The translations under genes and the position numbers were made by a program. From the NCBI GenBank assembly GCA_963769425.1, contig CAVYLP010000006.1:160001-224000 (forward strand): a stretch of DNA of 64,000 nucleotides. Direction: 5' to 3'. The DNA comes from Candidatus Bathyarchaeota archaeon (GTDB lineage Archaea > Thermoproteota > Bathyarchaeia > TCS64). Below, in pieces: positions 1 to 9,164 of this stretch (positions are counted from its first letter, which is position 1; every line of letters begins with the position of its first letter). Under the pieces are notes generated by a model. That model was not told where the DNA came from. It searched no databases and saw only the letters and a program-made list of their open reading frames with translations.

Positions 1-1988
1 TCTCTAGGTCGGTGAGGATCTGGGTCCCCGCGTGCTCGACAGGGGAGGAGGCCTACACCATCGCGATGTCCCTCTTCGAGTACCTGGGCGACCAGAGGAA
101 GGATGTCGCCATCCAGATCTTCGCCACGGACGTTAACGATCAGACCATCGCGAAGGCGAGGATCGGCGTCTACGGCGTGAACGCCGTCGAGGAACTCCCC
201 GCCGATGTTCTGAGCCGCTACTTCACGCAGACGCAGCCGGGGCAGTACCAGGTCAAGAAGAGCATAAGGGACGTCTGCATATTCGCTAAGCACGACCTCC
301 TCACTAACCCGCCCTTCGCCAACATGGACCTGATAAGCTGCAGGAACCTCCTCATCTACCTTGACGACACGCTGCAGGAGAGGGTGTTCACCCTCTTCCA
401 CTATTCGCTGAAGAGCCACGGCTACCTGATGCTGGGGAAGTCGGAGTCCGCGGCACGCTTCAGGGACCTCTTCGAGGACGTGGATAAGTCGAACAAGATC
501 TACGCCAAGAAGGCCTCGACGAGGGGGAGGAACGCCATACCGTATCTCCAGCCCTCGGACTTCAGGCCCGAGTGGGTGACAGCCCCTGTCGGGGTGGTAG
601 AGAGGAAGGACTTCGCCTCGACACTCCAAAGGGAGACGGACCGCCTGATACTAAGCGAGCTTACGCCCCCCGGCGTGGTCGTCAATAGTGAGTTCGACAT
701 ACTCCAGTTCCGAGGAAAGACCGGCCTCTTCCTCGAGCCCGCCTCGGGCTCGCCGAGCTTCAACCTGATGAAGATGGCCAGGGGCTCCCTCGGCGTGAAG
801 CTTAGACTCGGCGTTGAGCGAGCAAAGAAGGAGGGGGTCCTCGTCGCCATTGAGGACGTTGAGGTTAGGCGGAACGGGGGCACGGCCCGTGTCGATGTCG
901 AGGTCCGCCCGTTCAGGTTGGCCGACGACGAGGAGAGGTTCTACCTCATCGCCTTCAGGGAGAGGGGCGCGGCGAAGGAGGGAAACCAGGAGGTGGAGGA
1001 GGCCACTCTAACCGAGGAGCACAGGGACGCCGAGATAACCCGGCTCAAGAAGGAGCTCGAGGAGACGCGGGCGTACCTCCAGACCTACGTCGAGGAGAAG
1101 GACGCGAACACAGAGGAGTTGCGGTCGGCGAACGAGGAGCTACAGGCGAACTACGAGGAGCTTCAGAGCATAAACGAGGAGCTCCAGACCGCCCGCGAGG
1201 AGTTGCAGGCGTCGAACGAGGAGCTGAGGACCGTCAACGAGGAGCTCGCCGCCAGGAACGCGGAGATCAGCGACGTCTACAACGTGCTGGAGAACATGAT
1301 CAACAGCTCGAACCTACCTATCATCATGGTGGATGGCAACCTAAGGATCAGGAGGGTGACCCCCACGGCTCGCAGGGTCTTCAAAATGATACCCAGCGAC
1401 GTCGGGCGCCCCCTCGGCGACCTCAAGCTCAATCTCAGGCTCCCCAACCTCCTCGAGCTGGTGGGCAACACCCTCACCACCTTCACCTCTAAAACTATGG
1501 AGGTGCAGGACAACGACGGCCGCTGGTACAGCATGAGTATACAGCTCTACAGGACGACGGAGAACAGGATAGACGGTGCCGTCATCACATTCGTCGACAT
1601 CGATAATCTGAAGAGGGCGGAAGCATCGGCTCAGCGACTTGCAGCTGTACTGGCTCAGTCTGACGACGCCATAACGACTCTGGACGATGAGGGTAAGATA
1701 ACGGCGTGGAACAGGGGGGCGGAGGAGATGTACGGCTACGCCACCTACGAGGCGATGGGCATGAACATCTCAGCCCTCACCCCGCCGGGGGACCTGCCCG
1801 AGATGATCGGGGCCCTCGGAAAGGTGAAGAGGGGTGAGTTCGTCCCGCAGTTCAGGTCGAGGCGCCTCACGAGGACCGGCAAGACAATCGAAGTCATGCT
1901 TACCCTGACGAAGCTCGTGGACGACTCGGGGAAGACGATCGCGATAGCCAGCCTCGAGAGTCGCGTCCACGACGGCTCACACAAGTGA
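1..1988 (+). CDS. CheR-type methyltransferase with coiled coil and PAS domains (CheB/CheR-fusion type), 5' end outside window
   Basis: RIWVPACSTGEEAY, FATD, DLISCRNLLIY, LGKSES CheR motifs; ELQSxNEEL coiled coil; D.GRPL PAS; C-terminal PAS (WNRGAEEMYGY); frame open to window edge. Confidence 0.9.
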   Translation, partial: SRSVRIWVPACSTGEEAYTIAMSLFEYLGDQRKDVAIQIFATDVNDQTIAKARIGVYGVNAVEELPADVLSRYFTQTQPGQYQVKKSIRDVCIFAKHDLLTNPPFANMDLISCRNLLIYLDDTLQERVFTLFHYSLKSHGYLMLGKSESAARFRDLFEDVDKSNKIYAKKASTRGRNAIPYLQPSDFRPEWVTAPVGVVERKDFASTLQRETDRLILSELTPPGVVVNSEFDILQFRGKTGLFLEPASGSPSFNLMKMARGSLGVKLRLGVERAKKEGVLVAIEDVEVRRNGGTARVDVEVRPFRLADDEERFYLIAFRERGAAKEGNQEVEEATLTEEHRDAEITRLKKELEETRAYLQTYVEEKDANTEELRSANEELQANYEELQSINEELQTAREELQASNEELRTVNEELAARNAEISDVYNVLENMINSSNLPIIMVDGNLRIRRVTPTARRVFKMIPSDVGRPLGDLKLNLRLPNLLELVGNTLTTFTSKTMEVQDNDGRWYSMSIQLYRTTENRIDGAVITFVDIDNLKRAEASAQRLAAVLAQSDDAITTLDDEGKITAWNRGAEEMYGYATYEAMGMNISALTPPGDLPEMIGALGKVKRGEFVPQFRSRRLTRTGKTIEVMLTLTKLVDDSGKTIAIASLESRVHDGSHK

Positions 1989-2014
1989 GCCGGATTGGGG
2001 GCCTAGTTGGTCCG

Positions 2015-3295
2015 TCAGAACTTAATGTGGGGCGCCCAGTCGTAGGGCTTGGCCTTCGGGTGCTCGTCCTCGACCCGCGTGAGGAAGTTGATGCCGTAGA
2101 CGCGTTCCCCGTTCTTGGGCGGCCCCTGCTTCGTGGCGGGGCAGCCGTAGGCGACGGCGAAGTCGAAGATGGGGTCGTCGGTGCAGCCGCCGGCTCGGAC
2201 GCTGGGGATGGCGACTATGCCGTGTGACTTGGCGTACTCGATGGCCTCGCGGCTCTCCGTCATCGTCCCCACTTGGTTGGGCTTGAAGATGAAGGCCTCG
2301 CAGACCTTCATCCTCGCCGCCTTCTTGAGCATCTCGATGTTCGTAACCGTTAGGTCGTCGCCGACGAGCATGGTCCTGTTGAGCATCTTGGCGGCCTTCT
2401 TCCAGCCGTCCCAGTCGTTCTCCTCGAGTGGGTCCTCGACGTAGAGGAAGGGGTACTTCGTCGTCAGCTCCTTGAGGTAGTCGAGGAGGGCGTCGGCGTC
2501 GACATTCTCCCCTATGAAGTCGTATGTGCCCTTCTCCCTGTCGTAAAACTCGCTGGCGGCGACGTCGGTGGCGAAGGCGACCTTCTCCTCAGCGCCGAGG
2601 CGGCGAGCGGCCTCGTACATGAGGTCGAAGGCGACCGTCGGGTCCTGGCTGGGTGACTGCCACCCGGTGAGGCTTCCCGCCTTCGGGGCCTCGCCGTGCA
2701 TGTAGTCCTTGATGACGGCGGGGGTGATCGCGAATAGCTGGTACATGATGTGAACCGCCTCCTTGATGGACTCGGCCTTGTAGGGGACGACTGTGATCTC
2801 CTGGAAGGGCATAGAGCCCTTCTGGTAGCTGCCGCCGCTAATGCAGTTGACTGTAGGGAAGGGGATGGTTTTGATGGGAGCAGGGTTGAGGTGCTGGTAG
2901 AGGGGCACGTTCTCAGTCGCCGCTGCGGCGCGTATGCAGGCGAGGGAGACGCTGCAGAGGGTGTTGCCACCGAGCTTGGACTTGTTCGGCGTGCCGTCGA
3001 GGTCGATCATCATCCTGTCGATGGCCTCCTGATCCATCACGTCCATGCCCCTGAGCTTCGGGGCGATGGTCCTGTGGACGAGATCGCAGGCCTTGTAGAC
3101 ACTGAGCCCGTCGTACCACATGGGGTCATTGTCGCGGAGGACGTAAGCCTCGTGTTCCCCAGCGGATACGCCTGAGGGTGCGGAGCCGCGTCCGAGGACA
3201 CCAGCCTCGGTCACCACGTCTACCTCTACCATCGGCTTGCCCTTGGCGTCGAGAATCTGTCTCGCCTTTATGGATTTGATGCTCGTGTTACCCAT
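2015..3295 (-). CDS. enolase-family protein with altered active site
   Basis: Full-length enolase fold motifs (DVAASEF, EDPL, VGDDL, KPNQVG), but GDEGG, NGGxH and SHRSGET are replaced. Confidence 0.85.
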   Translation of the reverse strand: MGNTSIKSIKARQILDAKGKPMVEVDVVTEAGVLGRGSAPSGVSAGEHEAYVLRDNDPMWYDGLSVYKACDLVHRTIAPKLRGMDVMDQEAIDRMMIDLDGTPNKSKLGGNTLCSVSLACIRAAAATENVPLYQHLNPAPIKTIPFPTVNCISGGSYQKGSMPFQEITVVPYKAESIKEAVHIMYQLFAITPAVIKDYMHGEAPKAGSLTGWQSPSQDPTVAFDLMYEAARRLGAEEKVAFATDVAASEFYDREKGTYDFIGENVDADALLDYLKELTTKYPFLYVEDPLEENDWDGWKKAAKMLNRTMLVGDDLTVTNIEMLKKAARMKVCEAFIFKPNQVGTMTESREAIEYAKSHGIVAIPSVRAGGCTDDPIFDFAVAYGCPATKQGPPKNGERVYGINFLTRVEDEHPKAKPYDWAPHIKF

Positions 3296-3316
3296 AGTTC
3301 GCGCCCCTTTCGCGAA

Positions 3317-4717
3317 CTATTCCTTATCGGGGATATATAAGACGTTGAAGTCGCAGAGGTTCGTCCCTGTGTTGCCAGTGAAGACGGTACACCCGAGTTT
3401 AGATAGGGCTTCGTAGGTGGCGTGTCCACGGAGGGACCCCTGCAGGTCGATGCTTGCGGTTGCCGCTTGGCGGTAGGTCTCTGAGTCGGTGATGCCGCCC
3501 GCCATATTCGTTGTGCCGTCCGTCCCCTCCGTGTCGATGGAGAGCACACAGGCCCCAGGTACCTCCCTCGCGACTATCGCGAACCCGGTCACCAACTCCT
3601 GCGAGGGCCCGCCGTGCCCCTTGATCTCACGGTTGTTGAGGATGCGGGTCGAGGTCTCCCCCGCAGTGAAGATGAGGCAGGGCGGTGCAATGGGCTGGTG
3701 GAAGCGCTGTACCTCCTTGGCGATGCCTGCGAGGAATATTCCCGCGTCCTTACTTTCCCCTTCGAGGCTGGTGGTAAGGGTCATGTGGTTGATCCCCATA
3801 TACGAGGCGATCTCGGCGGCGTAACGGCAGGAGTCGGATAAGATGTTGAGTATGAAGTAGGTGGCGCGGGCGATTGACTTCGGTGTCTCCTGCGCCTCCG
3901 TACCGTTGAAGATGTACGACTCCACGCTTTTCGGCAATCGCCCGACTAAGTCATGCTCTCTGATGATCCTCTGCGCGTCGGCGAACGTGGAGTAGTCGGG
4001 GCCGATGGGCGTGCCACGCATCGTCACGGGCTCCCCGTAATCCTCGATGGGTGGCCAATCGAGGGCGTCCCAGATGTTTATGCCGATCATCTCGGCTCCC
4101 CGCCTCTCGATGCGCTGCCCCAGCCGCCCGCGGTTCATCTGTGATATGTGGCCCCTTATGGTGTTGATGTCCATGACCCGGATGTTCGACTTGAGCATGG
4201 TGTCGGTGGCCGCCATCTTCTCCTCAAGGGTGATCCCGTCCACCGGGTACGCCATCAGCGCCGTGCTGCCGCCGCTCATGCAGAAGATGAACAGATCGTC
4301 CCTTTCCGCGTTGTCGACGATCTCAAGCATCCTCCGGCTGCCCCGTATCCCCTCGTGGTTTGGCAGCGGGTGGCCGCCGACGAACACTTCCGTGTTGGCG
4401 TAGTGGTCAGTCTCCTCCACGATCTTCACAATAGCGACGCCCTTGGTCAGCCGGTTGCCCAGGATCTCATCCATCGCCATGGCCATGTGGTTCGCCGCCT
4501 TCCCCGCGGAGAAGACGTAAACGTAACGTTTCCGAGATAAGTCCCAATAGCGGTTGCCGATGTGGAGAATACCCCCCTCAACGCTGACGAAGGCCCTGAG
4601 TCGCTCATAGGCGTCCAGCCTCTGCAGGACCCGTTCCGTGACCTCCAGGACGACGCGGCGTGAGTCGGCCACCCCGTGGGCGAGGAGTTCATCACTGTTG
4701 CGAATCTTCACCGGCAA
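3317..4717 (-). CDS. glycerate 2-kinase-like protein (DUF4147 + MOFRL)
   Basis: GKAA, GHPLP, SGGSTAL, GET, TEGTDG, TGTN motifs of the type II glycerate kinase/MOFRL family; TTG start. Confidence 0.85.
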   Translation of the reverse strand: MPVKIRNSDELLAHGVADSRRVVLEVTERVLQRLDAYERLRAFVSVEGGILHIGNRYWDLSRKRYVYVFSAGKAANHMAMAMDEILGNRLTKGVAIVKIVEETDHYANTEVFVGGHPLPNHEGIRGSRRMLEIVDNAERDDLFIFCMSGGSTALMAYPVDGITLEEKMAATDTMLKSNIRVMDINTIRGHISQMNRGRLGQRIERRGAEMIGINIWDALDWPPIEDYGEPVTMRGTPIGPDYSTFADAQRIIREHDLVGRLPKSVESYIFNGTEAQETPKSIARATYFILNILSDSCRYAAEIASYMGINHMTLTTSLEGESKDAGIFLAGIAKEVQRFHQPIAPPCLIFTAGETSTRILNNREIKGHGGPSQELVTGFAIVAREVPGACVLSIDTEGTDGTTNMAGGITDSETYRQAATASIDLQGSLRGHATYEALSKLGCTVFTGNTGTNLCDFNVLYIPDKE

Positions 4718-4758
4718 TGGCCTTTCCCCCTTTTCTCTTCTCTTTGGGAGATAAGGTT

Positions 4759-4834
4759 TGGTGGACTGGGCGAGATTTGAACTCGCGACTTCCTGATTGC
4801 AAGTCAGGCGATCATACCACTGATCTACCAGCCC
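4759..4834 (-). tRNA. tRNA-Ala(UGC), CCA encoded, no intron
   Basis: Reverse complement GGGCTGG...CCAGTCC-A-CCA acceptor stem with G3:U70; anticodon arm CCTGA-CT-TGC-AA-TCAGG; GTTCAAATC T-loop; TTAAAA box about 30 nt upstream. Confidence 0.97.
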
Positions 4835-4875
4835 GCCGAAGATACTGCATGGAGTCCAGATTTTAACCTATTGGG

Positions 4876-6015
4876 TTACACCGGGTAGACCTCGGGCATG
4901 AGCCCAGTCGCCCTAGCATACCAAGCCGGCACCTCATCCACGAACTCCGCTACGTAGCTCTTCGGCAGAAGGTTAATGGTACACCCACCCCAACCCGCCC
5001 CCGTAAGGCGGGCACCCAATACGTACCCAGTCTTAAACGCCCTATCCACGAGGGCATCCAGCTCTGGACAACTCACCTCATAGTCCTCCCTTAGGCTCTT
5101 ATGCGACTCAAACATCAGTGCCCCAACCTTCGCAGGGAAGTTGATCTCCATCGCAGCTGTCGCCGAGAGAACCCTTTCGTTTTCCAGCACCACGTGCCGG
5201 CAACGCTTGTAGACGATCTCCGACATCCCCACAGACGCCTTGACGAGGTCCGTGAGCGACGCATCCCTTAGAGACTGTATCTTTGGGTTCACCCTCTGTA
5301 GGGCGAGGACCCCAGCCCTGCACTGCTGAACCCTCTCGTTGTACGCGGAGGAGTCCAACTTCCTTCTGATTCCTGTGTGAATCGCGACGAGGGCGTAGCC
5401 CTCCGGTATCTTGACGTTCCTGTGCTTGTTCGTCTTGCAGTCGATCAGCAACGCGTAGCCGAGCCTCCCCAGAGAGGCGCAGAATTGGTCCATCACCCCG
5501 CTCTGGAGCCCTATGAAGTCGTTCTCGGCGGACTTCCCCAAGTAGGCCAGCTGGACGGGCGTCACCCTCAGATCGAAAAGCTCAACTAGAGCCCGGGCTG
5601 TCGCAACCTCGAGCGCTGCACTCGAACTTAATCCAGCAGCCTGGGGCACATCCCCCTTGATCACCAAGTCGACACCACCGATGCGCAAACCCTTACGCTG
5701 CATCGCGTCCACGACGCCCATAACGTAATTCGCCCAGCGTTTCTCCTCGTTGAACACCTGCTTACCCAGGGTGAAGGCATGGCTCTCCCCATAATCCTTG
5801 GCGTAGAGCCTGAACTCCCTGTCTCCCCTCTTCCGGCAGGCGACGAAGACTTGTTGACTAATCGGGGTTGGGAGGACGAATCCCTCATTATAATCCGTGT
5901 GCTCACCAATTATGTTGACCCTGCCCGGGGCGCTTGCCACAGTGACCCCCTCCTTCGTGCCGTAAATCTTCTCGAAGATGCCTAGCATCTCACCCTCGTC
6001 TGTCAAAGCATTCAC
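4876..6015 (-). CDS. galK: galactokinase
   Basis: APGRVNIIGEHTDYN, GLSSSAA, GARLTGAGWGG GHMP motifs. Confidence 0.95.
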   Translation of the reverse strand: MNALTDEGEMLGIFEKIYGTKEGVTVASAPGRVNIIGEHTDYNEGFVLPTPISQQVFVACRKRGDREFRLYAKDYGESHAFTLGKQVFNEEKRWANYVMGVVDAMQRKGLRIGGVDLVIKGDVPQAAGLSSSAALEVATARALVELFDLRVTPVQLAYLGKSAENDFIGLQSGVMDQFCASLGRLGYALLIDCKTNKHRNVKIPEGYALVAIHTGIRRKLDSSAYNERVQQCRAGVLALQRVNPKIQSLRDASLTDLVKASVGMSEIVYKRCRHVVLENERVLSATAAMEINFPAKVGALMFESHKSLREDYEVSCPELDALVDRAFKTGYVLGARLTGAGWGGCTINLLPKSYVAEFVDEVPAWYARATGLMPEVYPV

Positions 6016-7043
6016 CCAGCGTGGAACCGGAAAACAGTCATCTCATGGTACCTCTCCCCCGGCCTCAGCACGGTTGAAGGGAAGTCCGGCTTGTTCGGGG
6101 AATCTGGGTAGTGCTGCGTCTCGAGGCAGAGGCCGCTGCGCCTCGTGTAGACCCTCTCCTTCCCCTGTAGCTTTCCGTCGAGGAAGTTCCCCGTGTAGAA
6201 CTGGACACCTGGCTGGGTCGTTAGAACAACCATTGCCCTCCCACTCCCAAGCTCCCTCACCATAGCCGCCCTCCTGAGACTACCTGCTTCCCCCTTCACA
6301 ACCCAGTTGCAATCGTAGCCCCCGCCAACGATGAGCTGCTCGTCTCTGGTGTCGATTCTTTCACCGATCCTTTGGGGTGTCCTGAAGTCCATCGGGGTTC
6401 CAGCAACGCTCCTCACCTCACCAGTAGGGATCAAGCCCCTACCAGCGGGGGTGAAGTGGTCGGCGTCCAATGTCAACTCGTGGCTCAATATGTCGCCAGA
6501 GCACGCCAGATTGAAGTAAGTGTGGTTAGTGAGGTTAACCACCGTGGGCGCATCGGTCGTAGCGTGATAATCGATTGTAAGCTCCGACTCCCCAAGAGAG
6601 TAGTCGACATCAGCCTCGAGCTCACCAGGGTACCCCTCCTCACCATCCATGCTCAAATAGCGGAGACTTAACGAGTCGCCGCTCGCTTCGGCTCGCCACA
6701 GCACCTTGTCGAATCCCTTGAAGCCGCCGTGTAAGCTGTTCGCACCATCATTCTTGGAAAGTTGATACTCGTGGCCGTCGAGGGCAAACCTCGCACCGCT
6801 TACCCTGTTCGCGTAGCGGCCAACAACCGCCCCGAAATAGGGGTGGGGACCCAGGTAACCTTCAAGAGACTCGAAGCCATGGACGATGTCGCCCATGACC
6901 CCGTGGGCATCAGGCACCTTGATCGATGTGATGGTGGCGCCGTAGTTCATCACCTGGATCTCAATCCCACTCGCGGAGATCGTGTATCGGTCCACTCCGC
7001 GCCCGTCGGGTAGAACCCCGAAGGAGCCCCTCACTATTCCCAT
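6012..7043 (-). CDS. galM: aldose 1-epimerase (galactose mutarotase)
   Basis: GRYANR, LHGG, NLTNHTYFNL, CLETQHYPDSPN; start placed at ATG 7043; overlaps the galK start. Confidence 0.95.
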   Translation of the reverse strand: MGIVRGSFGVLPDGRGVDRYTISASGIEIQVMNYGATITSIKVPDAHGVMGDIVHGFESLEGYLGPHPYFGAVVGRYANRVSGARFALDGHEYQLSKNDGANSLHGGFKGFDKVLWRAEASGDSLSLRYLSMDGEEGYPGELEADVDYSLGESELTIDYHATTDAPTVVNLTNHTYFNLACSGDILSHELTLDADHFTPAGRGLIPTGEVRSVAGTPMDFRTPQRIGERIDTRDEQLIVGGGYDCNWVVKGEAGSLRRAAMVRELGSGRAMVVLTTQPGVQFYTGNFLDGKLQGKERVYTRRSGLCLETQHYPDSPNKPDFPSTVLRPGERYHEMTVFRFHAG

Positions 7044-7122
7044 GGGAACCAAAGGACAACCATATTTAAAAGAGGTTAGGGTCAGCACATCGTTCATAAG
7101 TGGTGGCGGCGCAGGTCTCTGC

Positions 7123-7794
7123 GTGCGGCTCAAGGCTGTGGTCTTCGACCTCGACGGGACGCTTGTCGACTCTAAGATCGACTACGAGCGGATGGCGGGC
7201 TTGATCAGGGGTGTCCTATCCGCCGGAGGCGTCCCAGAGGAGCATCTAACTGATAGGCGCAAGATCTACCAGATCATCCGGGGTGGAGACAGGGTCCTAA
7301 CCGAGATGGGGGTCGAAGTTGGTAGGCGACCCCGTATAACCGCTGAGATGGAGAGGATAATGAACCAAGTCGAGTTGGAGGGTGCCCATCTCGCTAAGCC
7401 GATGAGGAACTCGGCTGAGACCCTGCGTATGCTCAAGGGACGCGGACTAGGCATAGGCATAGCGACGAGAGGATGCAGGGAGTACGCCATCGAGAGCATG
7501 AGGCTAACGGGTATCCAGGTCTACGTGGACAAGTGCCTCGCCCGCGATGAGGTGCCCTACCCGAAGCCGGATCCCCGTCACCTCCTCGAAGTCATGACTC
7601 GCATCGGAGCCAGGCCCGAGGAGGTATTCTACGTCGGCGACACTTCAACGGACCTTGAGACTGCCAACGCCGCTAAGGTCAAGTTCATTGGTTACAAGAG
7701 GGATGAGGAGTGGGGGAAGAGGCTCACCGACGCCGGCTGCAAGAGGATGGTCGACGACCTCATCGACCTAGTGGAGATCGCCGATAACTTCTAG
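7123..7794 (+). CDS. HAD-superfamily hydrolase (phosphoglycolate phosphatase-like)
   Basis: FDLDGTLVDS, KPDP, VGD motifs; GTG start inferred. Confidence 0.85.
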   Translation: MRLKAVVFDLDGTLVDSKIDYERMAGLIRGVLSAGGVPEEHLTDRRKIYQIIRGGDRVLTEMGVEVGRRPRITAEMERIMNQVELEGAHLAKPMRNSAETLRMLKGRGLGIGIATRGCREYAIESMRLTGIQVYVDKCLARDEVPYPKPDPRHLLEVMTRIGARPEEVFYVGDTSTDLETANAAKVKFIGYKRDEEWGKRLTDAGCKRMVDDLIDLVEIADNF

Positions 7795-7913
7795 CTGAGC
7801 CGTGAAGCTGACCAGCGCTGCGTCGTCTCTGATGTGGATTATTATCTTTCGAAGTCTTCTAAGTCAAGTTTGACTTAAGGCCAATACAAAGAATTGAAGT
7901 CTCCTAGGCGGGA

Positions 7914-8633
7914 TTAGGGGAGCTTCTTGAGGGCTTCGGGTAGTTCGCCGATGCTCTTAATGACGGCGTCCGAGTGCTCTAGTTGCTCGGCGGGTGCCCC
8001 GTATAGATCTATGAGGACTCCCCGCATACAGGCCCTATGGGCTCCGACGACATCGGCAACATATGTGTCCCCGACCATCAAGGTGTTTTCCGGTTGGGAC
8101 CCCAACTCTTTGAGAGCCCTCTGGAAGAGTATTGGCGCGGGCTTCATGTACCCCACCTCAGCTGAGACTACGAGGCTGCCGAATATTGACTCGTACCCAA
8201 GGTCGTCAAAGACTCGTCTGGCGGTGGGACCATCCATGAAGTTCGTAACGACGCCGAGCCTGTACTTGCCACTTAACTTCTTCAAGAGGGCTGGTGTCTC
8301 AGGGAAGTATCTAGTCTGTTTTGGCCACTCGGCGAGGTAGTCTTTCCAAGCATTTACAGCTAGGTGGTTCCGCCGGGGTTCCTCGATACCGAGTCCCTCC
8401 AGGGTGAGCATGAGGCGCTTGAGGTAGTTCATCTCAGTCCACCCATTAGCTTCGGCTTCCGCTACCTGCTGCCGAGCTATGCCCCGGTATACTTCGATGA
8501 AGCGGTCACAGTCGTAATCAAAGCCTTGAATCTGGAGGCTGCGCTGGAAAATCTCCACCGATGCACCGCCCCTCATGAGCCCGGGCGCCTGCACCAGAGT
8601 GTTCCAGTTGTCGAAAAGGATCGTGTCGATCAA
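7914..8633 (-). CDS. HAD-superfamily hydrolase
   Basis: FDNWNTL, VVTN, KP, VGDT..DV.GA motifs. Confidence 0.85.
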   Translation of the reverse strand: MIDTILFDNWNTLVQAPGLMRGGASVEIFQRSLQIQGFDYDCDRFIEVYRGIARQQVAEAEANGWTEMNYLKRLMLTLEGLGIEEPRRNHLAVNAWKDYLAEWPKQTRYFPETPALLKKLSGKYRLGVVTNFMDGPTARRVFDDLGYESIFGSLVVSAEVGYMKPAPILFQRALKELGSQPENTLMVGDTYVADVVGAHRACMRGVLIDLYGAPAEQLEHSDAVIKSIGELPEALKKLP

Positions 8634-8689
8634 GGCTTCGCCCTACGTAGTTTGAAAAGGCGAATATGTACCCTTGTATCTGAGCCGAG

Positions 8690-9154
8690 ATGGTTAACGA
8701 GGAGACTACTAGAAACCGTGTGATCCGCATCATCGCAGCGACGAGATTCCCATTCGTCGACCAAGAGGACTGGGGAGATGGCTACGTCACCATCGTCAAC
8801 GACGAGGTGAAGAGGAGGGGCATAGACACAGAGGAGGAGGTCGTCTACCCGAGCATCGTCATCGCGAAGCCAGATGGGCGTATACAGGAGATCGCTGACG
8901 TTGCCCTAGCCAGGGAGGTCGCCCCTTCGTCTGTTGCTAGGTGGAAGCTGCTCTCCGAGAAGGCGGGGGTCGGCGAGAAGGAGAAGAAGTTCTTCCTATA
9001 CGTGCCCCCGAAGAGCGAGGAGAAGGCGCAGAAGCTCCTAGAGAGCAACAGGATATCCTACGCGGGGTTGAGGGTCTACAAGATCAACGACAGGATACTC
9101 TCCGTGACGCCGATAACTACACCGGACGCCGAGTACGACCACCACAGGACATAG
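8690..9154 (+). CDS. hypothetical protein
   Basis: 154-aa ORF with host-like codon usage, 10 nt before the next gene. Confidence 0.7.
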   Translation: MVNEETTRNRVIRIIAATRFPFVDQEDWGDGYVTIVNDEVKRRGIDTEEEVVYPSIVIAKPDGRIQEIADVALAREVAPSSVARWKLLSEKAGVGEKEKKFFLYVPPKSEEKAQKLLESNRISYAGLRVYKINDRILSVTPITTPDAEYDHHRT

Positions 9155-9164
9155 AGGCTCAACT

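Noticed and set aside
1100-1260. Repeated AACGAGGAGCT units
   Set aside because: They encode the NEEL coiled-coil heptads of the CheR protein and are not a CRISPR or DNA repeat
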